A stretch of 64,000 nt of DNA from a virus, in the IMG/VR virus record IMGVR_UViG_3300031841_005609, positions 32,001 through 96,000 of that record; one strand, written 5' to 3'. This document shows positions 30,554 to 38,921 of the stretch, piece by piece. Position numbers and translations under genes: made by a program. How positions within the stretch are numbered: position 1 is the first letter of the stretch; the number at the start of each line of letters is the position of its first letter. The notes under the pieces are model-generated. The model was not told the origin of the DNA. It searched no databases and saw nothing but the letters and a program-made list of their open reading frames with translations.

Positions 30554-32422
30554 ATGTCTACATTTTCACTCGAACAGCTGACAGAGGGGATCCGTCAGAG
30601 GCATCTAGGATCTCAGAACCGTGAGCTGACAGAAAAATGGGCGAGAACTGGTCTTCTCAAGGGTCTTGACGGTGTCAAGCGTGAGAACATGGCTCGCCTC
30701 ATGGAGAACCAGGCCGCCCAGGTTCTTAAGGAGCAGTCATCCCTTTCAAACGGCGGTGGTGGTCTTGCCAACAGCGGCGACATGCGTGGTTTCACGAACA
30801 TCGCATTCCCAATTGTTCGTCGCGTATTCGGTGGTTTGATCGCAAATGACCTAGTTTCAATCCAGCCAATGAGCCTTCCGTCCGGACTCTTGTTCTACTT
30901 GGATTACACACGTCCAGGTTTGACAAGCATCCACGAAGACGGAGTGCATGTAATAAGCTCAGGTTCTTCTGCTTACGGAGATCCAGTTGGAAGCTCAGTC
31001 CAGACAGGTGCCGATGGAAAAGGAGGTCTCTACGACCTTGCTGGAAGCGCCTATTCTAGAGTTCACAGTGCCCAAGACGGGATAACCATATCAAACTCAG
31101 GTTCATTCTCAGGCGCCGACGGCGCATGGAGAGATCACCCAGGCGATGATGCAGCCACTCACCATGAAAGAGTAGTTGCGGCCACCGGTTCTGACGGAAA
31201 GGCGATCCAGTTTGATCCCCAGCTTACTAGCTTGATTGAAGCAAGAACGCACGCTTTTGACATTAAGTTTATCTCTCTTGCGACGGGTTACACAAATGCA
31301 GACACATCTCTTGTCAAGGAGTGGGGATTGGACGGCGGTACTTGTGGAGCTATCGATAGTGCAATTCAGACAGGGAACAGCAAGAACGTTCGTAGATTAA
31401 ATCAGCTGGTTACCTGGGATGGAACGAATTATGAGCCTGCCCCTCTAGGTGTACCTGGAGAAACAGCGAACCTTCACTTGTTGACAGTATGTTCTTCATC
31501 AATTCGTACTGCTCCAGGTCTTGGAAACGCTGCAAACGACACGCCTCCTACGAAACTTACTTTCCCGATCAAAGATTCTCTCACATCAGGAAACGGAAGC
31601 TCAGTTGTTGTTCCTTCTTTCGAGTCGGACTTCGGATCAACTCCATCGCCGGCGATTCCAGAGATCGACATCAAGGTTGAGGCTCTTCCTGTTGTAGCTC
31701 AGTCCAGAAAGCTTCGAGCTCGATGGTCACCAGAGCTCGCTCAGGATCTCAATGCATACCACAGTCTTGATGCAGAAGTAGAGCTCACTCAAATTCTCTC
31801 AGAGCAGATCGCTCTTGAGATCGACAGAGAGGTTCTTAACGATCTTCTCACACAAGCTGGTGCAGCTAACTACTACTGGTCAAGAGCTCCTGGTCGATTC
31901 CTCAACAAGGAGACAGGTGCTGTTCAAGACTCTGGTTTCGCTTCTTTCACAGGAACAGTTCGCGAATGGTATGAGACACTTGTTGAAACCATCATTGATG
32001 TCGCTAACCAGATCCACAGAAAGACGCTTAGAGGATCTGCTAACTTCATTGTTGTTGGTCCGGATGTTGCAACAATTCTCGAAGCCTCAGTTCTCTACAA
32101 GCCATCATACAGCTTGGACGGCGACGGCCAGGTGAGCGGAATGGTTATTGGTGCAGAAAAGGTTGGTACTTTGAGCAACCGATTCACAGTCTACAAGGAC
32201 CCATACTTCCCAAGAAATAAGGTTCTCGTAGGTTACAAGGGCGGAAGCTACTTGGAGACAGGCTATGTCTATGCTCCTTATGTACCTTTGATTGTTACAC
32301 CAACAATCTTCGCTCCTGAAGATTTCACTCCTCGTAAGGGCGTTATGACTCGTTACGGCAAGAAGATGGTTCGAGCCGACTTCTACGGAACAGTTACGTG
32401 CGCTGACATGAGCGTGATCTAA
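30554..32422 (+). CDS. major capsid protein copy 1 (T4 gp23-like)
   Basis: VSIQPMSLPSGLLFYLDY, RKLRARWSPELAQDLNAYH, YAPYVPL and FTPRKGVMTRYG; SD AAGGAG. Confidence 0.95.
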   Translation: MSTFSLEQLTEGIRQRHLGSQNRELTEKWARTGLLKGLDGVKRENMARLMENQAAQVLKEQSSLSNGGGGLANSGDMRGFTNIAFPIVRRVFGGLIANDLVSIQPMSLPSGLLFYLDYTRPGLTSIHEDGVHVISSGSSAYGDPVGSSVQTGADGKGGLYDLAGSAYSRVHSAQDGITISNSGSFSGADGAWRDHPGDDAATHHERVVAATGSDGKAIQFDPQLTSLIEARTHAFDIKFISLATGYTNADTSLVKEWGLDGGTCGAIDSAIQTGNSKNVRRLNQLVTWDGTNYEPAPLGVPGETANLHLLTVCSSSIRTAPGLGNAANDTPPTKLTFPIKDSLTSGNGSSVVVPSFESDFGSTPSPAIPEIDIKVEALPVVAQSRKLRARWSPELAQDLNAYHSLDAEVELTQILSEQIALEIDREVLNDLLTQAGAANYYWSRAPGRFLNKETGAVQDSGFASFTGTVREWYETLVETIIDVANQIHRKTLRGSANFIVVGPDVATILEASVLYKPSYSLDGDGQVSGMVIGAEKVGTLSNRFTVYKDPYFPRNKVLVGYKGGSYLETGYVYAPYVPLIVTPTIFAPEDFTPRKGVMTRYGKKMVRADFYGTVTCADMSVI

Positions 32423-32442
32423 AAGAAGTACGACTTCTAACT

Positions 32443-32471
32443 AAAGGGAGGCTTTTTGCCTCCCTTTTTTT
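32443..32471 (+). terminator. intrinsic terminator after MCP1
   Basis: AAAGGGAGGC-TTTTT-GCCTCCCTTT followed by a T run. Confidence 0.85.
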
Positions 32472-32489
32472 ATTTTTGAAATCGAGTTC

Positions 32490-32496
32490 ATATTTA
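32490..32496 (+). promoter_or_regulatory. putative late promoter for MCP2 (ATATTTA)
   Basis: Motif directly after the terminator; same ATATTTATTAAC context as 35707. Confidence 0.6.
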
Positions 32497-32501
32497 TTAA
32501 C

Positions 32502-32705
32502 ATGCTAGTGAAAAGTTTCACTAGAAAGTGCTTTGCGAAATGGCTGATGAGAATCTGATGCCGCGAGCTTTTGGTGGTTTGAGCATGGTGCAAAAGCCAC
32601 AAAACAGAGGATGGATAACCCTGGAATGTCGCCCCGGCAAAAAGCCTAGTGGGGTCGGTCGATGAGTTTTGAACATCCGCTGAAACGATGATAAAGACAT
32701 TACTT
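32502..32705 (+). ncRNA. structured 5' leader / candidate cis-regulatory RNA of MCP2 (family not recognised)
   Basis: Consecutive helices at 32505-24, 32542-62, 32569-604 and 32605-13/32674-82 (enclosing 32632-54); GC-richer than other spacers. Confidence 0.5.
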
Positions 32706-32720
32706 ATTAAGGAGAAAAAA

Positions 32721-34637
32721 ATGTCAACATTTTCATTGGAGCAGCTGACGGAAGGAATCCGAAGCCGACACCTCGGGTCACAAAACCGACAGCTTGTTGA
32801 AAAGTGGGCGAGAACTGGTCTTCTCAAGGGTCTTGACGGTGTCAAGCGTGAGAACATGGCTCGTCTTATGGAGAATCAGGCGTCACAGGTTCTTAAGGAA
32901 CAATCAAGCCTTTCAAACGGCGGTGGTGGTCTTGCCAACAGCGGCGACATGCGTGGTTTCACAAACATCGCATTCCCGATCGTAAGAAGAGTTTTCGGCG
33001 GCCTTATTGCTAACGATCTCGTAAGCATTCAGCCCATGAGCCTTCCTTCAGGTCTCTTGTTCTACTTGGATTACACAAGAGGAACCGAAGTTGGATCTTC
33101 TGACAACCCAGTATATAGCAGTGGCGACTCAGTATACAACAGCCCAGTTGGCAAAGGCGTTCAGAGTGGATCTCTCGCAGTTGGTGGACAGTATGACTTG
33201 GCTGGAAGTGGTTACACCAGAGTTCATGAAACAAACGAAGACGTCGACTTAGGCACCGATGGTCTTGCTGCTCTTTCAAGAATTTTTACCATGGACGCAA
33301 ACGGTGATGCTACAGTAGCAACTGCTGCTCAGCTGGATCCAGTCGCGACCACAGGTCGTGCGGGTAAGCTTCTTCAGTTTGATCCACAGATCATAAAGCA
33401 GCTTGACGAAGGAACTGCTGAATATCACTTCATGCTTATTCCTCTGACCACTGACTGCTTCGGCTCAAACTTTGACACGACTCTTGTGAAGGAAGTTGGA
33501 CTAGTTGTTCACACCGCCCTGCCGTCAGATGTTCTTCTCAACGTAGACAGCTCTGTACAAAGCGGTTCAACTAGAAACGTTAGACGTTTGAATCAGCTTG
33601 TTACAGTTACTGGTGGAACTGACGCCGCCGCACTTACTACTGATAACATCGAGGCTCTGACTTCTACCCCGCTTGCTCAAGTTGGCGACACCGGTGCATG
33701 TTTGCTCATGGTTGTTCGACACAAGCCAGGTTCAACGTTCGCTGCTAGCGATCTTAACGATGGCGATCACATCGGAATCACCTATCCTGTTGCAGACAAG
33801 TTAGAGTCAGGAAGCGGCAGCTCAGTTGTTGTTCCTTCTTTCGAGTCTAACTTCGGAGCAACTCCATCACCTGAGATCCCAGAGATCGACATTAAGGTTG
33901 AGGCTTTGCCAGTTGTAGCTCAGTCACGTAAGTTGCGAGCACGTTGGTCACCAGAGCTTGCTCAGGATCTTAATGCATACCACAGCCTTGACGCTGAGGT
34001 TGAGTTGACACAGATCCTTTCAGAGCAGATCGCTCTTGAGATCGATAGAGAAGTTCTTAACGACCTTCTTACCCAGGCGGGAGCTGCTAACTACTACTGG
34101 TCACGTGCACCAGGTCGTTTCTTGAACAAGGAGACAGGTTCAGTTTCAAGCATCGGTACTTTCACCGGTACGGTTCGTGAGTGGTATGAGACTCTCGTAG
34201 AGACGATTATCGACGTTGCAAACCAGATCCACAGAAAGACACTGCGTGGTTCCGCAAACTTCATCGTTGTTGGACCAGACGTTGCTACTATCCTTGAAGC
34301 AAGCGTTCTCTACAAGCCATCATACAGCCTCGACGGTGACGGACAGGTTAGTGGTATGGTGATCGGAGCTGAGAAGGTTGGTACCCTTTCAAATCGTTTC
34401 ACGGTTTACAAGGATCCTTACTTCCCACGCAACAAGGTTCTTGTTGGATACAAGGGCGGAAGCTACCTTGAGACTGGTTACGTATACGCTCCATACGTAC
34501 CTCTCATCGTTACTCCAACGATCTTCGCACCTGAGGACTTCACCCCACGTAAGGGTGTCATGACTCGCTACGGTAAGAAGATGGTTCGAAGTGACTTCTA
34601 CGGTACCGTTACATGCGCCGACATGAGCGTGATCTAA
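32721..34637 (+). CDS. major capsid protein copy 2 (T4 gp23-like)
   Basis: Same motifs as copy 1 with a different central domain; start 32721 after SD AAGGAG matches the copy 1 N-terminus (in-frame ATG also at 32688). Confidence 0.95.
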   Translation: MSTFSLEQLTEGIRSRHLGSQNRQLVEKWARTGLLKGLDGVKRENMARLMENQASQVLKEQSSLSNGGGGLANSGDMRGFTNIAFPIVRRVFGGLIANDLVSIQPMSLPSGLLFYLDYTRGTEVGSSDNPVYSSGDSVYNSPVGKGVQSGSLAVGGQYDLAGSGYTRVHETNEDVDLGTDGLAALSRIFTMDANGDATVATAAQLDPVATTGRAGKLLQFDPQIIKQLDEGTAEYHFMLIPLTTDCFGSNFDTTLVKEVGLVVHTALPSDVLLNVDSSVQSGSTRNVRRLNQLVTVTGGTDAAALTTDNIEALTSTPLAQVGDTGACLLMVVRHKPGSTFAASDLNDGDHIGITYPVADKLESGSGSSVVVPSFESNFGATPSPEIPEIDIKVEALPVVAQSRKLRARWSPELAQDLNAYHSLDAEVELTQILSEQIALEIDREVLNDLLTQAGAANYYWSRAPGRFLNKETGSVSSIGTFTGTVREWYETLVETIIDVANQIHRKTLRGSANFIVVGPDVATILEASVLYKPSYSLDGDGQVSGMVIGAEKVGTLSNRFTVYKDPYFPRNKVLVGYKGGSYLETGYVYAPYVPLIVTPTIFAPEDFTPRKGVMTRYGKKMVRSDFYGTVTCADMSVI

Positions 34638-34662
34638 TAAAAATTTAGATCAAAATGTATCT

Positions 34663-34696
34663 GGGGCGTCCTGAAAAGGACGCCCCTTTTTTTTTT
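34663..34696 (+). terminator. intrinsic terminator after MCP2
   Basis: GGGGCGTCCT-GAAA-AGGACGCCCC plus T10. Confidence 0.9.
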
Positions 34697-34719
34697 GAAG
34701 CGACCTTGAAATTCTTTAG

Positions 34720-34726
34720 ATACTTA
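34720..34726 (+). promoter_or_regulatory. putative late promoter core (ATACTTA)
   Basis: 8 nt before ATG 34735, no SD. Confidence 0.5.
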
Positions 34727-34734
34727 AAAGAGTT

Positions 34735-35283
34735 ATGTCTAAAAAGTCAAAAAAATCAAGCAGTCTAGAAAGTCTTCGAAAACTTGTTGATAATCTAACT
34801 GATAGAGACGTTCAGATCAAAAGAGACTTTCGACTTTTCGAGTCGTTTCTTGAGAACTTCCCCATCCCAGTCACCATGTGGTCTGCAAACTTAGACGGAC
34901 TAGTCTTGAACAAAAAAGACAGAGGTTTCTTTTGCAAGACGGGAGACAAGATTGAAGATCTGTTTTCTTGTGAGTCTCTTGCAGACACTGTTTTCAAAAA
35001 ACACAAGGAAGCTCTTTCCGGAGAGCCTAACAGCACTTTGATTCAAAAGATGGAAAAAACTTTCTATGTAACAGTTGCTCCTCGACATGATAACGATAAC
35101 ATTGTCATAGGAGTTTCTGGAATTGCGTGGGATGTATCTTCTAACAGTTTCATATTAGATACATTGATCGACATTAAAAATGTCACAGAGACGAAATCTG
35201 GGACTTTTGAAGAGATTAATGAAAAAGCTTCTAAAGCTATTGAAAAGAGTAGACTTTTTCTTCTAGCAAAGGAGGGCAAGTAA
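34735..35283 (+). CDS. stand-alone PAS-domain protein
   Basis: FESFLENFPIPV..W..NLDG..; ALSGE..; FYVTVAPRHDNDNIVIGVSGIAWDVS fits a PAS/PAC pattern. Confidence 0.75.
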   Translation: MSKKSKKSSSLESLRKLVDNLTDRDVQIKRDFRLFESFLENFPIPVTMWSANLDGLVLNKKDRGFFCKTGDKIEDLFSCESLADTVFKKHKEALSGEPNSTLIQKMEKTFYVTVAPRHDNDNIVIGVSGIAWDVSSNSFILDTLIDIKNVTETKSGTFEEINEKASKAIEKSRLFLLAKEGK

Positions 35284-35284
35284 G

Positions 35285-35617
35285 ATGTCATCTGATTCAA
35301 ACCAAAATGGATGGAATGAATATTCTAGACTGGTTTTAAAAGAACTTGAAAATCTTGCAGACAACATTGACGGTCTCAAGGAAGAGCTTCAAGAAGTCAA
35401 GCAAGAAATTGCCAAGATGCAAGTTCGAGAAGACAAGGTAGATGAGCTTAAGACCTGGAAAGAGAAAGTAGACGAAGTAGTTTCTCCAACCCAGCTGTCC
35501 AATCTTGTCAAAGAAGTCGAAGAGCTTAAGATGTTCAAGACCAAGGCAATCACCACATTTGCAGTCGTTCAGTTCTTGATGGCTCTTTGGGCTTGGTCTC
35601 AAAAATTTATGCAATAA
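35285..35617 (+). CDS. coiled-coil protein with a C-terminal TM helix (holin-like architecture)
   Basis: Heptad region followed by AITTFAVVQFLMALWAW; SD AAGGAGG. Confidence 0.55.
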   Translation: MSSDSNQNGWNEYSRLVLKELENLADNIDGLKEELQEVKQEIAKMQVREDKVDELKTWKEKVDEVVSPTQLSNLVKEVEELKMFKTKAITTFAVVQFLMALWAWSQKFMQ

Positions 35618-35706
35618 ATTTCTTAAGCATAGGTTGAACTAATCAGCCCAGCGATCATGCGAAATCTTTCAACAATTAAAGACCCAGATAATTGCAAGTC
35701 GACTCG

Positions 35707-35713
35707 ATATTTA
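35707..35713 (+). promoter_or_regulatory. putative late promoter core (ATATTTA)
   Basis: Upstream of the neck gene; GAGGTG SD follows. Confidence 0.55.
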
Positions 35714-35732
35714 TTAACAGTGAGGTGTGTAA

Positions 35733-36902
35733 ATGTCTAGATTTGTCGACATATTGAATCCAACTCCTTTTGGATTTTTTGACTCTGAGATTGCTTTTCA
35801 AAACGAAGCCGATTCTGTCGTCACTTTCATAAAGAGAAAGCTTGGTGATGATATCCTTAGTGTTGAACTAACCAAGCGACAGATCTGGGCCTGCCTTGAA
35901 GAATCCGCTTTGGAATACAGCTCGATCATAAATCAGTATCAGGCAAAGTCTCAGCTTGCGAATCTTCTAGGGGGACCAACAGGTTCACTGGATGGTGTAG
36001 AGCAAAAGTTTCCAAGAGAAAATCTAGAGTTTATGCTTCGAAGAGCTGAACCCTATTCTATGGAAGCGGGTCTCGGCGGTGTTTATAACATGCTTTCCGG
36101 ATCTATTGCTCTCGAAAAAGGAAAGCAGGACTACGATCTGTATTCAGATCTCAAAGGAGCCGATGGCAACGCTCTATTCGATAATGCTGCTAACAATCCG
36201 AAAACTAAGATGAAAGTGATGGAAGTTTTTCACTTCAGCCCACAGGCTGCATATCGATTTTTCGATACAACTTCTGCTATCAACTATCTTAACAACGAAT
36301 TTAGCTTTGAGTCATTTACACCAGAGACAGTCTTTTATGTGCTACCAGTTTTTGAGGATGTTCTCCGAGGCGGAATGCTTGATATGTCCTCGAGAGTTAG
36401 AAGAAGTAACTTTTCATATAAAATAACTGGAACAAAGATAAGAATCTTTCCGATTCCCACGAGTACAAACCCACAGAATCTTTTTATAAGAGTTCACTTT
36501 TCGCCTGATCCACTTAAGCCGGCTTTTAAAGATGCCTCTATTGAGGGCATTAGCAATCTTTCCAACATTCCGTATGGAAGACTTGAATATTCTAGAATTA
36601 ATTCTATTGGAAGGCAATGGATCAGACAGTATGCCCTTGCTCTTTCTCGAGAGTTACTAGGGTTGGTTAGATCTAAATTTTCAACAGTACCTATTCCTGG
36701 TTCTGATCTTCAGTTGAACGGAACAGAGTTAATATCCCAGGGAAGAGAGGACAAAGAAAACTTAAAGACAAAACTAGGAGAAATGCTAGACGAGCTAACA
36801 TATGACAAGATGCTTGAGTCAGAAGCGGCAGCTAGCGAAAATCTTACCAGAATTCTTAAAGCTATTCCGATGCCAAACGGAAAAGCAATTTCAATGGGTT
36901 AA
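35733..36902 (+). CDS. neck/head-tail adaptor protein (gp13-like)
   Basis: RKLG..LSVELT..QI..CLEE N-terminus; WIRQYALALSRELLGLVRSKF..PG..LNG. Confidence 0.8.
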   Translation: MSRFVDILNPTPFGFFDSEIAFQNEADSVVTFIKRKLGDDILSVELTKRQIWACLEESALEYSSIINQYQAKSQLANLLGGPTGSLDGVEQKFPRENLEFMLRRAEPYSMEAGLGGVYNMLSGSIALEKGKQDYDLYSDLKGADGNALFDNAANNPKTKMKVMEVFHFSPQAAYRFFDTTSAINYLNNEFSFESFTPETVFYVLPVFEDVLRGGMLDMSSRVRRSNFSYKITGTKIRIFPIPTSTNPQNLFIRVHFSPDPLKPAFKDASIEGISNLSNIPYGRLEYSRINSIGRQWIRQYALALSRELLGLVRSKFSTVPIPGSDLQLNGTELISQGREDKENLKTKLGEMLDELTYDKMLESEAAASENLTRILKAIPMPNGKAISMG

Positions 36903-36908
36903 CAATAG

Positions 36909-37577
36909 ATGGCTAGACTTTTTATAACCCCACGAGAAATAGATCTGATATCAGACTTGACCAAAGAGGTCATCAAAGATGTCGCTGGTCAAAAAGTCTA
37001 TTACTACAGGGTTAGAGAAGACTTAAGCAACGTTCATGACGTGTACGAAGAGTCACCTGACAAAGTTTTTGACCCTCCTATCGAAGTTGAAGCAAGAGTT
37101 GAATATCTACCAGAAGAAATAAGAACGAATCGTTTTGGCGGAGAAGAGTTTTACTCTATTAACGTTTTCTTTCATGAACGAGATCTCCTAGACAGAGATA
37201 TTGATGTTCGAACCGGTGATTACTTTAGCTACGGAGACACTTTTTTCGAAATAACCAGTGCTATCGTTGAGTCAAACGTTTACGGACAGATTGAGCATGC
37301 TATTGGAGTTAAAGTAACCGGAAAGCAGGCGAGAATCGGACAAATAGATAAGACTCCTAACGGACCTACTAGCGAGCAATACACCGATGAGGATGCTGTT
37401 CAAGAGACTTTCGTTCAACAGAGAGGCTTCGAGGAGAACAGGCTTGGGCCCACCGAAGACAAGAGACAACTTCAGGAAGACGGAAAGCTTGACAAGCCTT
37501 TGACGGGACCTCAAGAAGTTTCACCTCGAGCAGACAAAGAAGATGAAGTGAAGTCTTCTTTTTATGATGAGATTTAA
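36909..37577 (+). CDS. neck/head-closure protein (gp14-like)
   Basis: Position; GQKVYYY..DVYEES..FDPP; GDYFSYGDTFFEI. Confidence 0.65.
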   Translation: MARLFITPREIDLISDLTKEVIKDVAGQKVYYYRVREDLSNVHDVYEESPDKVFDPPIEVEARVEYLPEEIRTNRFGGEEFYSINVFFHERDLLDRDIDVRTGDYFSYGDTFFEITSAIVESNVYGQIEHAIGVKVTGKQARIGQIDKTPNGPTSEQYTDEDAVQETFVQQRGFEENRLGPTEDKRQLQEDGKLDKPLTGPQEVSPRADKEDEVKSSFYDEI

Positions 37578-37579
37578 AA

Positions 37580-38866
37580 ATGTCGACTCGATACTATAAA
37601 AACAAAAACGATGGGACTTCAAGATCTGCTGGATACGAAGGTTCGAACATACCTGACGACTTTAATGTTCCTTCGTGTACTATAGAGGATGTTGACAGAG
37701 CTCTTTTCGATCTCTTTGACAAGCAGCTTCCGTTTACATACAAGCATAAAGAAGGTACTAAAAGAGCTCCGGTTATATTCGCATCAGGCGAAAGATTTGC
37801 CGTCCTTAGGAGAAAAGAACCCTTAAGGGACAAGTCAGGGGCTCTTGTTCTTCCGCTTGTCTCTATAATGAGAACAGGAATATCTCAGGTTCCTACGATG
37901 GGAGCTGGAACATCTCAGAATACTCCTCACGTCGTGAAGAGAAAGCTTTCAAAAGATGACCCTGAGTATCAAAGGCTTCTAAACAAAAGGGGACTAAGAA
38001 ACTCCGACGACCTTCCGTCTAAGAATTCTCTTGCTGATCCTGAGAATCCCGTAAAAGAAAAGGCTGCTCCTGGAAAGAACGCTTCCAGAAGAGACATACC
38101 TTCTAGGAGAGACACGAACGATATCGGAAATCCTCTAGGTCAGAACATCTATGAGATCATTGAGATACCGCCGCCGAAATATTTTACTGCATCTTACGAG
38201 ATAACACTCTGGTCACAGTACACTCTTCAGATGAACGATATGATAACGGCTCTCATGTCCCTATATCAGTCGTATTCTCAGAGAACCTTTCAGCTTGAGA
38301 CAGACAAGGGATACTGGTTTGTAGGCTACGCCGGAGAGGACCTCAATCCTGGTAACAACTTTGATGATTTCACAGATAGTGAAAGAATAGTCAGGTACAC
38401 ATTTACTATGACAGTCCCGGGCTATCTTGTCAATCCCCAGTTCCCCGGAAGTCAAAACGGAGTGAGAAGATATGTTTCTGCTCCTGAGATATCTTTTGAT
38501 GCAATCCTCTCTGCTGGAGAGTTTGAACCTTTCACCCAGGAAGGACCAATTTCCGGAAATCCTTCTGATCATGTCCTTGAGGACTTGAGAACTGTTGATG
38601 AACCGCTCCCTGGCCAGCAAATAGGGTCGACAAATTTTGCAGCTTCAGATTCTCGTGGCATATTTAGAAAAAGACAAGGTTCTCAATCGGTCGATTCAGC
38701 TCTAAAGCAAACGTCGATTGGGGGCACTTTCACTGACGATAATAGGACAAAAATTATTCAATATGATAGAGATCCTTTCACCGGAAAGAAGATTAGAAAA
38801 TCTCTCCATGTCAAAAACAGAACGAATAGAATGGGAGAGACGGTTTTGAGAGAGACTCTTGATTAG
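37580..38866 (+). CDS. tail terminator/sheath stabiliser (gp15-like)
   Basis: PVIFASGERF, LPLVSIMRT, YEITLWS, RYTFTMTVPGYL; position before the sheaths. Confidence 0.65.
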   Translation: MSTRYYKNKNDGTSRSAGYEGSNIPDDFNVPSCTIEDVDRALFDLFDKQLPFTYKHKEGTKRAPVIFASGERFAVLRRKEPLRDKSGALVLPLVSIMRTGISQVPTMGAGTSQNTPHVVKRKLSKDDPEYQRLLNKRGLRNSDDLPSKNSLADPENPVKEKAAPGKNASRRDIPSRRDTNDIGNPLGQNIYEIIEIPPPKYFTASYEITLWSQYTLQMNDMITALMSLYQSYSQRTFQLETDKGYWFVGYAGEDLNPGNNFDDFTDSERIVRYTFTMTVPGYLVNPQFPGSQNGVRRYVSAPEISFDAILSAGEFEPFTQEGPISGNPSDHVLEDLRTVDEPLPGQQIGSTNFAASDSRGIFRKRQGSQSVDSALKQTSIGGTFTDDNRTKIIQYDRDPFTGKKIRKSLHVKNRTNRMGETVLRETLD

Positions 38867-38884
38867 AATTTTGAAACGAACATG

Positions 38885-38891
38885 ATAATTA
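38885..38891 (+). promoter_or_regulatory. putative late promoter core (ATAATTA)
   Basis: Upstream of sheath 1; SD AGGAG follows. Confidence 0.5.
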
Positions 38892-38921
38892 AAAGATGCA
38901 TAGAACGTTCTAGGAGATACA

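Noticed and set aside
32544-32686. Hammerhead ribozyme suggested by CTGATGAG and GAAAC
   Set aside because: I could not build stems I-III with a correctly placed GAAA and cleavage triplet; kept only as an unclassified structured RNA.
32520-32700. Known riboswitch (c-di-GMP, T-box, cobalamin, SAM)
   Set aside because: Only isolated short words match; no full consensus architecture recognisable by eye.
30554-34637. Diversity-generating retroelement or invertible cassette explaining the MCP repeat
   Set aside because: No reverse transcriptase or site-specific recombinase in the window; repeats are direct and differences are not adenine-specific.
35630-35700. Small hairpins between the holin-like and neck genes
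   Set aside because: Stems are only about 6 bp with no T tract; not distinguishable from chance.
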